From NCBI RefSeq assembly GCF_964194025.1, contig NC_134468.1, forward strand, positions 71,052,001-71,116,000: a DNA stretch of 64,000 nt. Direction: 5' to 3'. The stretch is from Convolutriloba macropyga. Its lineage: Eukaryota. Numbering within the stretch: the stretch's first letter is position 1; the number at the start of each line of letters is the position of its first letter. Positions 25,462 to 39,440 of the stretch are shown here, in pieces. A model generated the notes under the pieces. It did no database searches. It saw nothing but the letters and a program-made list of their open reading frames with translations, and was not told where the DNA came from. Both the position numbers and the translations under genes were made by a program.

Positions 25462-26110
25462 CTAAACGCAAACGCATTTACAAGAATGGTTTTGAATCAG
25501 CTCTGCGTCTGTTGTTTCAATCCTGTATGGCATGGGTGCAAGGAACTACAGTCGAGTAGAGATATTACTGTGAAGTGCGCATTGACCAATCCATTATGCT
25601 CATGTGAAGTCAAACAAAAGTGAATGTGAATTAATGTGAATTAACGAAAAACTCCCGATAATTAGTAAAATAAAAAAGATGTAAAACACTAAACCAAATC
25701 AATTCCCTATCAGCGTCGCTCTTCAAGCGCAGCAAATATCCCAGGCAAGGTAGATAGACAGAACTAAAACTGTAAAAATTGATCCAAGTCCGAATTGCAA
25801 AATATTTATCTATGATTCCAAACTCCTATGACAACAGAATATAACGAAGAGGCAGGAGGAAAACAAACGTGCAATTCTTAAACAAAACAGCTTTCCAATC
25901 AAGAAAATTAGTTTTAACAATTAAAATTGTTCTCTTACAAAACCTGAATCAGTCAATTTCAGTTAAAACTGAATCGATTTTCTAAGACTAATTTTTTTGC
26001 AAGCCAACAAAATGTCAAAATTGACAAAAACAATAATTGAATCAATGATAGAAAATTATTTGCATTTTCATTTCTGCAAAACAATGATAATATTGAATTT
26101 TATCACATTT

Positions 26111-28720
26111 TGTTCCGACCCACTTCAGTGGGGGGGAGGAACTACATACTTAATGGTTTTTTTTTTTCAAAAATTTGTTCAGTCAATTTTGGCCGATCGA
26201 TATGATCATCGTACAGGGCTGTGAGAGGTATCATTAAACAGCCCGTCCAGCCTATAACTCATAACGAAAAACATTTTTTTCATCTAGTATTTTCCAGGGA
26301 GTTATTGAGGTTTAAAGTTTTAGGAACAGTGGACTGATTTTCGTTGTTACTGTTCACGTTTTGCGTATTTTTACATAATTTTTTGACAATTTTGCCAAAA
26401 AGTGTAATAACTTTTTTTTATAAATTAGTGTCGATAATACATCTAAAAACAGAAGAGTGCTTTTGAAACGTTTGATTCTATTTGTGGCTAAAACTGTTGT
26501 AAATTTTACAAAACTTAGCCTTTATTCAACAAAAATAAGCTTTTTTGTCCACTTTGTTTAATTTTGCTCAATTAACACACCCTAAAACTGCTGATACAAT
26601 CTTCTAAGACTCCAATGAGGGCAAGATTTACTTGTGCATTCTTTTAGAGTGCTCTTGAATTAAAACTTTGCCGAAAATAAAGTCAAAATATACATATCCG
26701 TAACAATCGCAACAAGTACATGTTTCTAAATCACAAAAAACAGTAAAAAGGCAAGCTTGGGTGTTATCGCTGTTTTTTGAAAGTCCAGAAAAAATTAAAC
26801 TGTAATTAATCAGTCGATTTTGCTTTTTAAAATATTTTTACATTTTTGCTTTTCTGTACGTTTACTACAGAAAACAAACATTCAAACTAAAGGGTACTGA
26901 TGATAAGTTCAATTGGCTTCCTTTAGAGTTTCATGGAAACTGACTTAATTTTTTTAGTAAGTATCTTCGAAATAAAAAATGGATTATTGAGCTGTGCTAT
27001 TGTTTTTCTCTTTTTGGCCAACAACAGATGGTTAATGAAATCCAGTGTCATCATTGTTCTCATGTTTTTAATTTGAAAATATTTTTGCGGAATGATGTTT
27101 TAAGTAATCTGCCTGAAAACTACAAATTTTCACGCAATTTTTTGGTTTTTTGAACATCTTCCTACCTTTTAGTTTCTTTTTCCAGTCTTTTCACATATTT
27201 CACTTGTCAGATATCAAGTGCTTGGCACGTAAAAAGGGGCGCAACCGAACGCATCCGTTTTTCATTTAATAGAGGATGCTTTTAGCCGGCTCGAAGCCGT
27301 CTTCTAAAAGAATTGAATGGATCTTTTTGTTTTTCTTCATTTGTCGTTCTTTTTGTAAATTCTGGATAGTTGCAGATATTCTCGGCTTCCTACGGACAAG
27401 CAGAAGATTCTATTGCCCGATTATTTTAATAGCTAGTGTTTTTCATGACATTGAAATCAACTTTTTAAAATGTATGGTCTTAACTTAAAAATTTGAACTT
27501 TTCTACACATTTGGCTACTATCTACATAGTCTCATTAATTACAGGTCGTCTATAATATTGTTTGTGTTCACAAAAGGCATAAAAGAAACTATCTAATTTT
27601 TTTAGTGCATTGCCTATGGCTTTAATGGCTCCGATTTCACATTTTAAAGAAGTTTATTCATTCATTTTTTGATTTCAAGTGTTTTTGTCGCTCTTTTTGT
27701 AGTCCAATGATAGTTTCTGTTTAATTGCAGGTCTTGACGACTTGTTATGAATCGACAACGAAAATTATTTACCAATTACAGTTGAAAGCTAAATATTATT
27801 ATCACTGTTTTAAAATATATAATTGGATATATTTTAAAAACTTGCACTTTGCTGTTCTTTTTGAAATCATTGTTACCTAATCTCATTGATTACAGATCGA
27901 ATTTAAATTGATCAGTTTTGAAGAAGGACACAAATTAACATATTAAAGGTTTTTAGTGCGTTGCTTGTTGTTTTAAAGGCTTCAGAGCCGATTTTGCGAA
28001 TAAATGAAGTTGCGATTTTTGTCTATTAAATCGTTTTTTTGTGGACGTTTGACATATTCTGAATAATGACAGATTTCAATGGCGTCTGAAAAAAAATCAA
28101 AAAAGTAATAAGTTCTTTTGATAGCCCATGTTTTAAAGTCTTGGAATTTAATTGTATTCGAAAATTCAATCTATGGAATTTTTGTTTTCCACGTCTGAAT
28201 TTGTCGTTTGTTTTCGTAGACGTACGACATATTCTGGATGATGAAAATTCTCAATGTCTTCATATTGAGGCATGAAGGAGTTTAAACCAATTTAAAGATT
28301 CAACCGATGATTTTCATTATTTGAAGTTATTTGTTTTTAAAAAAAAGTTTTTTTTTCTTTGCCGTTTTTGACCATTTTCGTCTACTTGTTACTGAGTCTC
28401 ATCATGAAGTGGCCCCATGTTTTTTCTAGTGAATTCCAAACTAACGAACTAAATTGTTTAGTTTAAAAATTATTTCGCAATATTTTGACTTAGTATTTGA
28501 ATAATGGCAAGTCTTATCGGCCAATAAATGTGGCATTTTTAACTTTTCTAAGTGATTTGAGTTGGAAGAAATTTTTTATTCATAGACTAAAATTTTTTGA
28601 TCTATATAAGAGATTTGTGAAAGCTTTCCTATCTTTTCCCCATTTGGTAAAGAGTTAAGGCAAAATTGTGGATGATAAGGGGGGTCGAAACATTATGTGA
28701 GAACGCACTTTACCTCCTTA
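26111..28720 (+). mobile_element. Non-autonomous Helentron-like (HINE/DINE-1-type) element, copy 1
   Basis: 5' T-run plus TGTTCCGACCC; 3' GGGTCGAAACA, hairpin GTGaG-AA-CGCAC, then TCCTTA|TT. Shared 5' core GTCAATTTTGGCCGATCGAT. Confidence 0.75.
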
Positions 28721-29521
28721 TTGCCTTTAGAATCAATAAAATTACAAAACTTTTGCACTTAAAATATACATTTTAACATCTAAGCATCTAAAACATCTAA
28801 GCCTTCCAAAAAAGATATCTAAAAATTAGATGATTAGATTGCGTATTGTTTCATTTCAGTCAAAATTCAGTCAAAATTATTAGCATTTAGGCAGTCAGTC
28901 ATTGGGCGTTGTTTTGCATTCAAATTTTAATTAAGAATCAATTCATGGTACAAAAATAAGATCCAGCTAGAAATCATTGAATATTGCTACTTAACAATAC
29001 CGAAAGGGTATTTTCGGTGCATACTTCAATTGACCGTTAGAACTGGGAAAATAGCATAGATCACGCAAAACTCAAAAAGCCATGACGTCATTCAAAAAGT
29101 CAGAAACAGTCAAGCAAAGACTTTTCATAAAAAATAAGCAAAGGACAACAATAAATGCTTGAATTTCAAGAGCATTTAATATTTTTTGCTGATGGTTGAA
29201 AAGACCATCCCTTAAGGTACGCATTTTCAGATGACTTTCATCTCACGAACATCGTGAACAAAGTTTCAATTTGATCAAATGTAAAATGATTCTCAACGAG
29301 GATCACTTTCAACAAAAGTTGAAGCACTAATAATAGCTGGCTAATTTTTAATGTTATACATGGTTTCAAAAATTTTAAACCATTTTTGACTTAGACCCTA
29401 TTTCTGATTGCATAGCCTGTTGTGACATGAATTTTTACAACTGGCAAAAAACACCAGCATAATAAACGTTTGCTTTTTGAAGCAAACAACTTTTGTTTTT
29501 GAAGGTAAATGACCGTGTTAC

Positions 29522-29740
29522 CTTTTCGGTGAAAAGGCGGCGTGAATAATTCAACTGCTGTATGATGTTGGTTGCCTGCCCAATGAAGAGAGCGTAGCAA
29601 GTGGCTCCACTCAGCATAGACAGCATGAGGAGCCATAGATCCTGCATATTTCCAGGAGGGTGTTTGCCATACCCCATTCCCAACATGTGTGACATGGCAC
29701 GGAACAGAGACCAGCTGTACTGCTCCCTCCACGTGGCGTT
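29522..29740 (-). CDS. HCN: HCN-like channel exon: pore helix, selectivity filter, S6
   Basis: [29 protein letters not shown]...[29 protein letters not shown]; ttccag / GTAACA; 73 codons. Confidence 0.97.
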
Positions 29741-32700
29741 CTGGAACAAACAAGAGCTTGACTAACAAATACGGTTTTTCCTTTACGACCCAACTTCCCT
29801 GACTTTTAGGCGCCTTGATGTTCCAATTCAGCAAATTTAGAGGAAAAACTCTATGATAAGCTAATTTTCCTCTTTATTTTCAGTCAATTTTGGTCAATCG
29901 ATATATTTTGTAGAGTGAAGCAAGAAGGGTGTGTCATCAAAAAAGATCTCTGAGTCAAAACCAAAAAAAGTCGGAATCAATCAGTGAAAAAGATATTATC
30001 GAAGTGAAAGGTTATCTTTACCTTCATCGGTTCACGAAGGCTCCTCCGGCAGAAGCACGTGCAATAATAAACATACCCAGCAGATTGCCGGAAAATCGCC
30101 GCCATTGATTCCCATAACCCGATTGGGATTGAAAGAACAGAGAAAAATTGAAAAAAAACTGATTGATGTAAGAAAACTTTTTAAAATTGCGAACTATTTC
30201 GATTTCATTTGTTGTTAGACATGCTCCTGTTACTAAATGAGAGGATACATGGACTAGTTTAAAAACCAATAAAAAATTGAAATGGTAAGTACGACTTCAA
30301 GTAACTGGCATCTAAAATTGGGCTTTATGGGTTTATCCCCTTTCTTTTATTGATTGCCCTATTTCGATACATATTCTGTTGATTTCAGATTGCTTTGCTG
30401 GGCAACTGCTGTTGAAAGCAGACAATAAAACTAGCCTAGAGAAATCGAAACGATTTCACCGAAAATTTTGAAAAAAGCGGCAAAATGAGAAAAATTGAAA
30501 CACATTTTTATTTGACGAAATAAAAAACATAGCAGGACAAGTCCTGAACTACAATTAAAAAAAAATGATTAAGCAAACAAAAAACTAGACCTAGATTGGA
30601 CTATGAATGCATTGGGGAAAACATTTAGAAAAAATCCGATCAAAAAACCGAAAAACAGTTAAAACCAAAGTCAAAATGCCGCATGTGAACAAAAAACCAA
30701 TAACGAGAAAGCGAATTTTGAATGACAATGTGTGAACAGATCTTTAAAACCCCAAAGCCCAGTACATTTCACAGTCTTTGATTTGTAAAAAAAGCAGGAC
30801 CAGTCCTGGGCTACAACTCCAAGAATACAATCAAATCAACTGGCGACAACGATAACAGCCCCATTAAAAGAACAGCTTCCAATAACAAAAAAACAATACC
30901 AAGACTTCAACGAAAGTTAACAAAACTCCAAAGAAGTTGAAAGGAAATAAATTCACTTCATTTCAGAAAAATAGTGTTATCGAAGTTGTTATTCTCAATA
31001 ATAATAAAGTCAGCCACAAAAATGACAAATGCGAGTTTTGGAACAAACACCAACTCCTAAGAAGACCACTGCAGATGAAATAAACGGACAACGCAAACAA
31101 CAACTGACACAAAATGATTTTAACGAATATCATTGCCATTAAGTGTGATCAAAGTCAAGAAGCACGCAACTAAACATTGAAATCTTTAACATCTATTGCA
31201 CTCTCTATCAAAGAAAAAAATGAACTTCAAGAAAATAGTTGCGGGAACATGCCATTGAAGTAGCCTCAAAAGCCTGTAACAAAAAATTGAAAATTACAGC
31301 TCAATTACGCCTACTGTGGCAACAAACAAGACATAACAATAACTAGACTAACCAACAGGACAAAATCAATCCAAAAACTGTCAACAATATCAATAAAAAA
31401 ATCTCGAATAATTTTAGAAAAAAGTCTGGACAAAGATATTAAAACTTTCAGCTTTGAGTTGTAAAAAACCAGATAAACTCAATTGTGCGTAATAGAAAAA
31501 CCAAAGAGAATTATAATTAATGAAATTAAGTAGCAGAACATCAAAAACTACAAAAAAGTGCAAAATCCGAACCAGAATGAATACTTTTTGAAAGCAAGTA
31601 GTATCAAAGTAGTGAAAACTGTTTGAAATGAACAAATCTTAAAATTGATCAAAATGCAATATTTTTTAGAGAACATCTCTCCAGGAGTTGTTCATAGAAA
31701 GACTAAATGACAGAACGAAAAAATCTAAAAAAAAAATGAAAAATCCAAAAACTTTTATTAACATTTTTCCGAAAACAGTTAAAGTCAGTGTCGTTAAAGT
31801 CTTTATATTAATCTCAAATTAGTAAATTCCTTTAAAGCGAGCCATTGAGGCTCAGCACTGACGAGACTAAATAAAAAAAAACAACAAAAAGGTCTACAAA
31901 AAGAGATAAAAACTTTTATTTCTTGGAAACAAAAAGCGTCCAAATATTTCATAACCATTAGTTGCCTTTTGATGATGGCTTTAAACAAGTGCAACAATCG
32001 ACCACTAGAACATACGTATCGCCTCTTCAAAAAATCCATAGAGCAAACGAAAAGAAAAACAGTGAAAACAGAAGGCAAATTGCCACACTTGAAAATTCGC
32101 TCTGAAAAACCGGAAACATGTTTAAACACAATTCTTTCACTTCACTTTGAAAAGCACTTTGAAAAAATCACGCCTTTTAACTACCCGGTTTTCGATTCTC
32201 ACAACTCCAGAGTTACTAAAATTAGTACTCCAATTTGACTTCTCACTGATATTTAAGATGTTAAAAAAAGTGAACAGTTCTTAAAAAAAGAGAGACAGCA
32301 TACCAATACAATTCAAATTCTTTGAAATGTAAGAAATTAGGAGTGCAATAATGGCCTGCCGAGAAGATAAGGGCAGCTATTAAAAACTGACAATTCCGAC
32401 CCAACAAAATCATAATGTTGATTTCTTTGTATGAAAAAAAGTTACTTTTCTCGGTACCAAAGAAAATTTGCAACAACAATCTCATAACTGCTGCCGAAGA
32501 ACAACAGTGGGCAAAGTGTAGTCCAGGCATATTATCGCGAGGGAACAATCATAAAATGTATTTTTACAAACACCACCAAGACTAGCGTGATTTAAGTAAG
32601 GTGGTTAGCTTGATTTTCTGTCGTCCTGTGACGTAGGATTATCACAAAGTCAAAATTAACGGAAGGAGCAATGCCTCCACAGAACCAATGTATTTAAAAT

Positions 32701-32975
32701 GTCTTCAACAGTCATCATCTACGAAACTCGCTTCGTGTCATAAGGAACCACATCATTTATTTTCCTTCGGAAAACTTAGTGAGCGCAACGAAATCTAAAA
32801 TCCGTCTTAATGAATAAACGAACAACTGAGGCATTTAACCACGCTTAATAGTGCAAAGTCAGTGTTGTTCCAACGCCTGCAAAAATTTACATGTTCATCT
32901 TTCAACATTAAACTTTATTTCCTTTTTCTAAAACAGGTAAAACTTTTTATTTAAGTTTATTGAAGCATTTAGCTA

Positions 32976-33410
32976 ATTCCTACAGAAAAATTTGCATAAT
33001 TTTGGAGTTGCGAAATTCAAATCAGTTCGGTAAAATAAAACAACAAAACGAAAGGTAGGAATGCCTTATAGATTTAATAAAATAAACTAGTGTTTCCAAG
33101 GATATAGATGCCGATTGAGCTACTAAGACAAGCATCTTTTAAACTTTCTACGTTGTCGCTAAAAACGACAATGGATTGTTGAATATTTGCATTCCTACAG
33201 AAAAATTTGCATCTCCAAATAATTTTGGAGTTGCGAATTTCAAATCAGTTCGGTAAAATAAAACAACAAAACGAAAGGTAGGAATGCCTTATAGATTTAA
33301 TAAAATAAACTAGTGTTTCCAAGGATATAGATGCCGATTGAGCTACTAAGACAAGCATCTTTTAAACTTTCTCCGTTGTCGCTAAAAACGACAATGGATT
33401 GTTGAATATT
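32976..33410. repeat. Recent near-identical tandem duplication (212 + 220 bp)
   Basis: 32976-33187 vs 33191-33410 differ by an 8-bp indel and a few substitutions. Confidence 0.95.
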
Positions 33411-36400
33411 ATACCCTCAAGATATTCAAAGAGTTTTTCATGGTTAATTCTGAAACAAACCTCCAAATTTTTGTATCCTTTTCCCGAAATAATGAAAGAT
33501 GTGGGGTGATAAAACTGTGCGCTCTACAAATTATAGCTGAAATAATAGTTGCAAATATGAAAAATTGTATGACAAGCAAGGTTAACATAGGTCTAAAAGG
33601 TTTTGACCTCGTTCACTACTTTTTTTATAGATTCTTTTCTCCATCACCCAGCTACATTCCTGAGCGTATTTCCATTTCAAGTTTTCCTGGCAAAAGATTC
33701 TGAAGGAAATGTTGATTCCAAAAGGTCAGAAATAGTCAAGTTCAGAGAGCATAAACAGAGAGAAAAAACATCAGGTGATTGCATAGCTTTTTTATTGCGC
33801 TTTGCTCATTATTAACTGTCATTAATAGATTGACCATTTCGTTGGTTTTCTCTTGAACAGCCCCCCCCCCCCCCCACTATAGCCTCGTTAATGCTTCGCA
33901 GCTATTGTATACGTTATTTGAATTAGCAACAAAACAAATGTTGCCCAAATAAAACTCTGAGAAAATTGGGAAACTTTGTTGCAGTCAGAACGACTGTTTC
34001 CAAAATAGTTAGAAGTAAACTTTCAAGTTTGCATCACTTATTTGCCTGCGAAAAGGCAAAATTAACATCTGCACTTCATTACAGTAATTTGTTTGCCACA
34101 AGAACTCAATATTTTTCAAAAGTTATGTTCACGTGTGTTTTTTATATCCCATGAGGATTATAAGCCAAATACAGGGTCCAATTAAAGCATTAACATATCA
34201 ACAAACGCCATAAAAAATCCATTACCATTTTCAGCTTCAAAAGCAACATATTTCAACGTAAACTCGCTTTTCGTATTCAGTGATTGAGATCCACGTTGAG
34301 TGCTTAAAATAATAGACAGACAACTTTTCAAACCGTTCAGCTTTTCAATTTTGAAAGGAATACGATGCTATTACTTTATTATTCCATCTAAATACAGCAT
34401 AAATGACCCCTGTCAGAATTACAGGGTTAAATATGAGAGTTGTTCAAAACTATCTGAAATCTCATTGCCATTTACAAGCCCTTTTAGAACTGATTTTGCA
34501 AGTTAACGTCAACTGTCCAAGAGAATTGCAAAGTTAAAAAGTTTTTGTACCGGAAACTCTGATGTGCTGAGTTTAATTTAATGGCGTAAAGAGCAATCAT
34601 TGAAACTAATTTGTCTTTAGTTAATTAAAGTTACTATTGACATAAATGACCATAAGCTTTTGATCTTATGCTTAGCTGTAAGCAATGAAAAGGTCCGCTC
34701 AAAGAAAGTTACACATGTTAACTAAGAGGCATAAACAAGATATCGAACAGACTTTAAATTCTTCAAAGTTAATTTGTATAATCGGGTAAACGACAAGGCA
34801 ACATTTTCTCCCTGTTAAGAATTTGTGATACGAAAACGACCAAAGATGAGAGAATTAAATCCTTTTTTAATAAATACTACTTAATAAATCCTTTTTAATT
34901 TTTTTAAATTGGTTTACTTTTCTGATTTTGCTACTACAGTTCATACTTTGAACATTTTGAACTCACAAAGCTCACAGAGAACAGCGTACAACTTATGAGA
35001 AGGCAACACGGGGTGAAGTGATAGAAGCATGAACTGCATACTCCAGACGATAAAAGCTATGATCACAAATTTCACTTTAATTTTGTTCACTTTTTTGGTC
35101 ATTTTTGGTTTCATTCTGCTTTTTTTTGCAAATCATTTTAAAAACTTTTTACCCGTAAAATAACTCTATCGAACTTTTTCAGCTTTGCTGCTATTATAGT
35201 TATTGGTATTTCAGAAAGATTTTTTCACTTTTTTGAATTTATCTTTTGAATATTGTTAAAATATATTCCAGTTGTTTCATCGTGTTAAAATATATTTAAA
35301 TGGTATTAACTTTATTTTTGAAGATAAAAAAGCGATTGGATACTTTTGGCCACTAAAGCGATTGACAAATGATACGACTGGGTATTGATATTATTGGCTA
35401 CTGAAATGTTTTCAGAAAAAATGAAAACAAAAATTGTAAAAAATGGTTTTTTTCCAGACAACTGGCGCAAAATCAGCGTTTTATGTCTATTTTGTTTAAT
35501 AGTATCTAAATTGGCAAAAATTAAGCCCCAAAGATCTCAGTATTTATTATTCCACCGTGATTAAAATAAGTCCTTTGATTGGACTTTTCATATATATCAA
35601 AAGTCGAAAAAAAGCACTATAAACTAACCTACCAAACAAAACGGCGCCCCAATACAACATAAATGCTTTGGATTGTAATAAAGGCCCGCTATAATAGCCA
35701 GCCGAGGAGAAAAAACGGCCTTTCAACATGGAGAAATAATTCAATTGGAAAGCTATCAAAAAGAATGGCAATCAGTATGTTTTACAAGAACCTCTCTTCA
35801 CCTGAAGCAGTATCATCGGTACCGGTAAAGAATTCTTGGTTTTACAAAGATATGCTGAAAAAACAAATTTGACACACTTCTCTCTACTTTTTCGTATTTT
35901 TCGCACCAACTGAGGTGCCTTTAAAAGACAGCAGCAAAACAACAACTTATTTGAGTTTCCATCCTATTTGACGCAGAGGCTGTAACGAAATACTTTTTCG
36001 TGAATTATATCAGTTGTTTTAAAGAAAAAATGTTTGATAGTTTTTCCATCTGTCTGCTAGTTGCAACAAAAACAACTATTGAAAATGGCAAGTTAAGAGT
36101 AGTAAACAAAAAACAAAGAGTAGTAAATAGAAAAAATTTAAAAAAAAAACGAACTTTGCTAGAAATACTGCAAGTATAAGCGCGTTTTTGGGCATTTTGC
36201 TACAAAATCGCCGAATTTTCTTTGCACTAGCTCAAAATCGAAATAATTTTCTCTAAAAAATTGAGCCGAAACAAATTTAAGCTAACTTAGCAGTTAAACT
36301 TTGTGCGGTTTACTTTTTTATACGCTGATTCTTTGCTAACGCCTTCTAAGCATTCACCGTTACTTTTACATCGTTTTGCAAAATTTTTTGCCTCGAAGAT

Positions 36401-38656
36401 GTTTGGTAAATTTAGCAGTAAATTCTTGTAATATTTGCGACTCTTAGCGGTGAATGTTTTTTCATCACATTCAACGCTTAAAATCCCAATTCTTACATAT
36501 TTTCACCGCATTCATAGCAAACCGTACTCTTATTAGCGATTATTAGCGTTAACACCTCGACCCGGGTTTATGGGACTACATTCATAAATCATAGGTAATT
36601 GCATAACACGATAGCACGCGGTTATTGATTTTAATATAGATTTAATATATATAATATATAACCAATTAAAATGTGAATTTCTAAAATTAAATAACCAAAA
36701 CGAGTTGAAAACGCCAATGATCTTCAGTAATATTCTCTTCAAAAAGACCCAAATACCTATTAGATACAGTAATTTTTAATGCGGATAGGTTTTGTAAAAC
36801 TCCATTGCAATGTTGACCAGCTCTGTGGAAAAATTGTCAATGCAATTTTGTTTTATCCATAAGTAGTAATAAACAAGCCAGTTTACAATAGATTACATAG
36901 TTTTCATGCATTATAATGCTTGTTATACAAGCCATAGTCCCTCTCCCTGCGAAAAGGTACTTAACTACATTTTTTCCTATGAAAGTATAAGATCATCTGT
37001 GCTATTTTGAAGTCTACAAAAATGGAAGCTACTTGTGCAAGATGTAGAGAATAGTTAAGAACATGTAAGACCTCTACTTAACAAGATTCTCTTCTGTATT
37101 AGCCATGGCTTATTAGCCATAGTTGAACATCATGGCCATTAAAAGAGACGCGCTTCGAAGAGGAAAAAGCTTATCCTTTATTAATGCAACATCCTCTGTA
37201 GTTCGGCAAAAACCAACAATGTTCCAGCTTACAGGTACAACCAGGCCAGCTGCAATAGACACGTACTCAACAACCAAATTGAATCAGACCGTTTTCCATG
37301 TTGGTTTTCTACCTTTCGTTGTTTGTTCACGAATGACAACAACAAACAGGACTCGTTAATTATGTATAAACAGAAACGTGTCATTCATTAGATTCTTTTT
37401 GTTTGAACAATTTTGAGTTTTTCAGATGGACAGTTTGAATGGCGTCTTTGGACCTTTTGTTGGACCACTTCTCATGAAAACTATCAAAAGATCCTCCTTT
37501 TTATCAGGACATCACAGTGAACTCTCGGACTTTCTTTTGCTCTTTTTTCAGGGGCGGAACGCAAAATTTAAGGACATGAAAATGATAATAACGGCGAGAA
37601 CGGCTATTGAGTAATAAAATTGACTAGCTTGCCATCTTCATTTTTTCAGTAGCAATGCTCAAAGAGGCGATATTAACAACGTGTGATTAACAACGTGTGC
37701 AGAAGAAACAAAAGGGCCTTTCAAAATTCGTAGGATTATTGCGGAGCACAAAATAAATAGGTCTAAACCATTACGCAGTAAAAAGGCTTTTTTTGATACA
37801 ACTTTGTAAATAAGCGTCTAGAATACATGCAGTAACATGTTTTATTCATTTAGTTTAAAACCAGAAACATAGCCTGATAAATCCAGAACGGACAGTTTAT
37901 TCAAATTAAAATATATTGTATTTTTGAACTATTTAGCATTTAAAGAGTACACTAAAATCAAAGACTAACAATTGCTATCAGCGATCAACATCTCTGGTAC
38001 CAATCCGAGCATTTCGCAATTTAAGAGAGCAAAAATTGGATGGTTTGGAGCAAAAGTTTAAAAAATTGAGTTACTCCCGATTTTAAACCTCTGAAACGGC
38101 GATGAGCATTCTGCCAGTCTTCTAATTATTCTCTCAGACGGTTACTTTAACCCCCCAATATTTCTGCTCCAAAGAACTCGTCTCTAAACGACTCAAAAAC
38201 GATTTGGCAGTCAAAATTGTGAAAAGTCAAGAAAATGACCAGCATCTCGGACATGACCACAAAAAATAGTTTTCTCAGCTTTGAAAATGAACAAATTTTG
38301 GGAAAGTTTTTGGTGATAAAAAACGATCATGCCCCCAATGAGGGCTTCGCTCAACTTCGTTTCTTGGTCCCTAAACGTGAAAAAAGACCATCCTCGAGAA
38401 ACGACCTGAGCATGTTAGTTAAACAGTTAAATAGAAATTGTTCAGCACAGCGTCTTCCTAATTGCAGTGACATTGTTCAAGTAAGCGATTGTAATTTGAC
38501 TATGACATAAAATTTTTTAGCATTATCAGTTACTGATTCACTAAAATTTACATCAAAAAACGTTGTGATCAACGTATAATTTCAAGCCAACAGTTCGTCA
38601 ACAGAAAAAACCGCGCCAATGTTTTTCCATTTTCATCTAAATGAGAGAATACTGAC

Positions 38657-38806
38657 CCGTATGTTGTCGTTGTCTATCCAGTTGCCGGGTGGGAAGTCGG
38701 AAAGCCGGGGGATGAGGAACATTATGCACCCGTTCAGGTGAGCAAACAGCAACATTGTCCCCACGACATTCACCACTCGCATCGCAACACTCGCCAAATT
38801 GAACAC
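38657..38806 (-). CDS. HCN: HCN-like channel exon: S5 and turret (different frame from the ORF track)
   Basis: VFNLASVAMRVVNVVGTMLLFAHLNGCIMFLIPRLSDFPPGNWIDNDNIR; ctgtag / GTCAGT; 150 nt, phase 0-0. Confidence 0.95.
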
Positions 38807-39009
38807 CTACAGTGCAACAATAAGTAATAAATAAAATATCAAATAATTGTACAGCAAGCAGCATTGGGCTAACAGAGGCCATGTCTCAGCTGCGTTCGTC
38901 TATTACTCGGACGCAATGTAGTTGTTTTGACCAGGTTTAACTATTCAAGAACAGTTCAAATTTTTCGATTGTCACCAAAACAAATAAAGCCAGATAATTA
39001 ATTGAAAAG

Positions 39010-39242
39010 CCTCGACTTTTGAAAAGACCGTCCTGGACCGATATAAGGCATGAAAATACTGTCCTGGATAGATTTTAGAGATGACTAGAATTTTCATGGA
39101 CTTTGTGTAATGTTCTCGACTTTGGCTGGATATAAAACAACCTTCTTCAAACTTGGCTCGACATTGAAACGTGTCCTGGAATTTGACCGGACAATAAATT
39201 GTTTCCTGGAATTCAACTGGACAATAAAATGTTTCCTGGAAT
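39010..39242. repeat. Degenerate ~30-bp minisatellite
   Basis: Recurrent ...GGACAATAAA.TGTTTCCTGGAATT... with TCCTGGA at ~39031, 39063, 39174, 39204, 39234. Confidence 0.7.
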
Positions 39243-39292
39243 TACGCTCACAATCGAAGCAATGTCTTGTTCTTAACTTCCTTTAAAGTTAA

Positions 39293-39440
39293 GGACATGT
39301 AGCGCAATTGGTTAACGATTGAGTACGGTTGAAGAAGGTCACGAGATCCCACATAGGTGTTGGCGGAACTTTTTAGTTTGACTCATTTTTGTATACGAAA
39401 AGAGTTTGGCTGCAATTATGAAAAGAATTTAGCTTGACTT
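39293..39440 (+). mobile_element. Possible old tRNA-derived SINE
   Basis: GGACATG-TAGCGCAATTGG-TTAA A-box-like head; the B box is degenerate. Confidence 0.3.
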
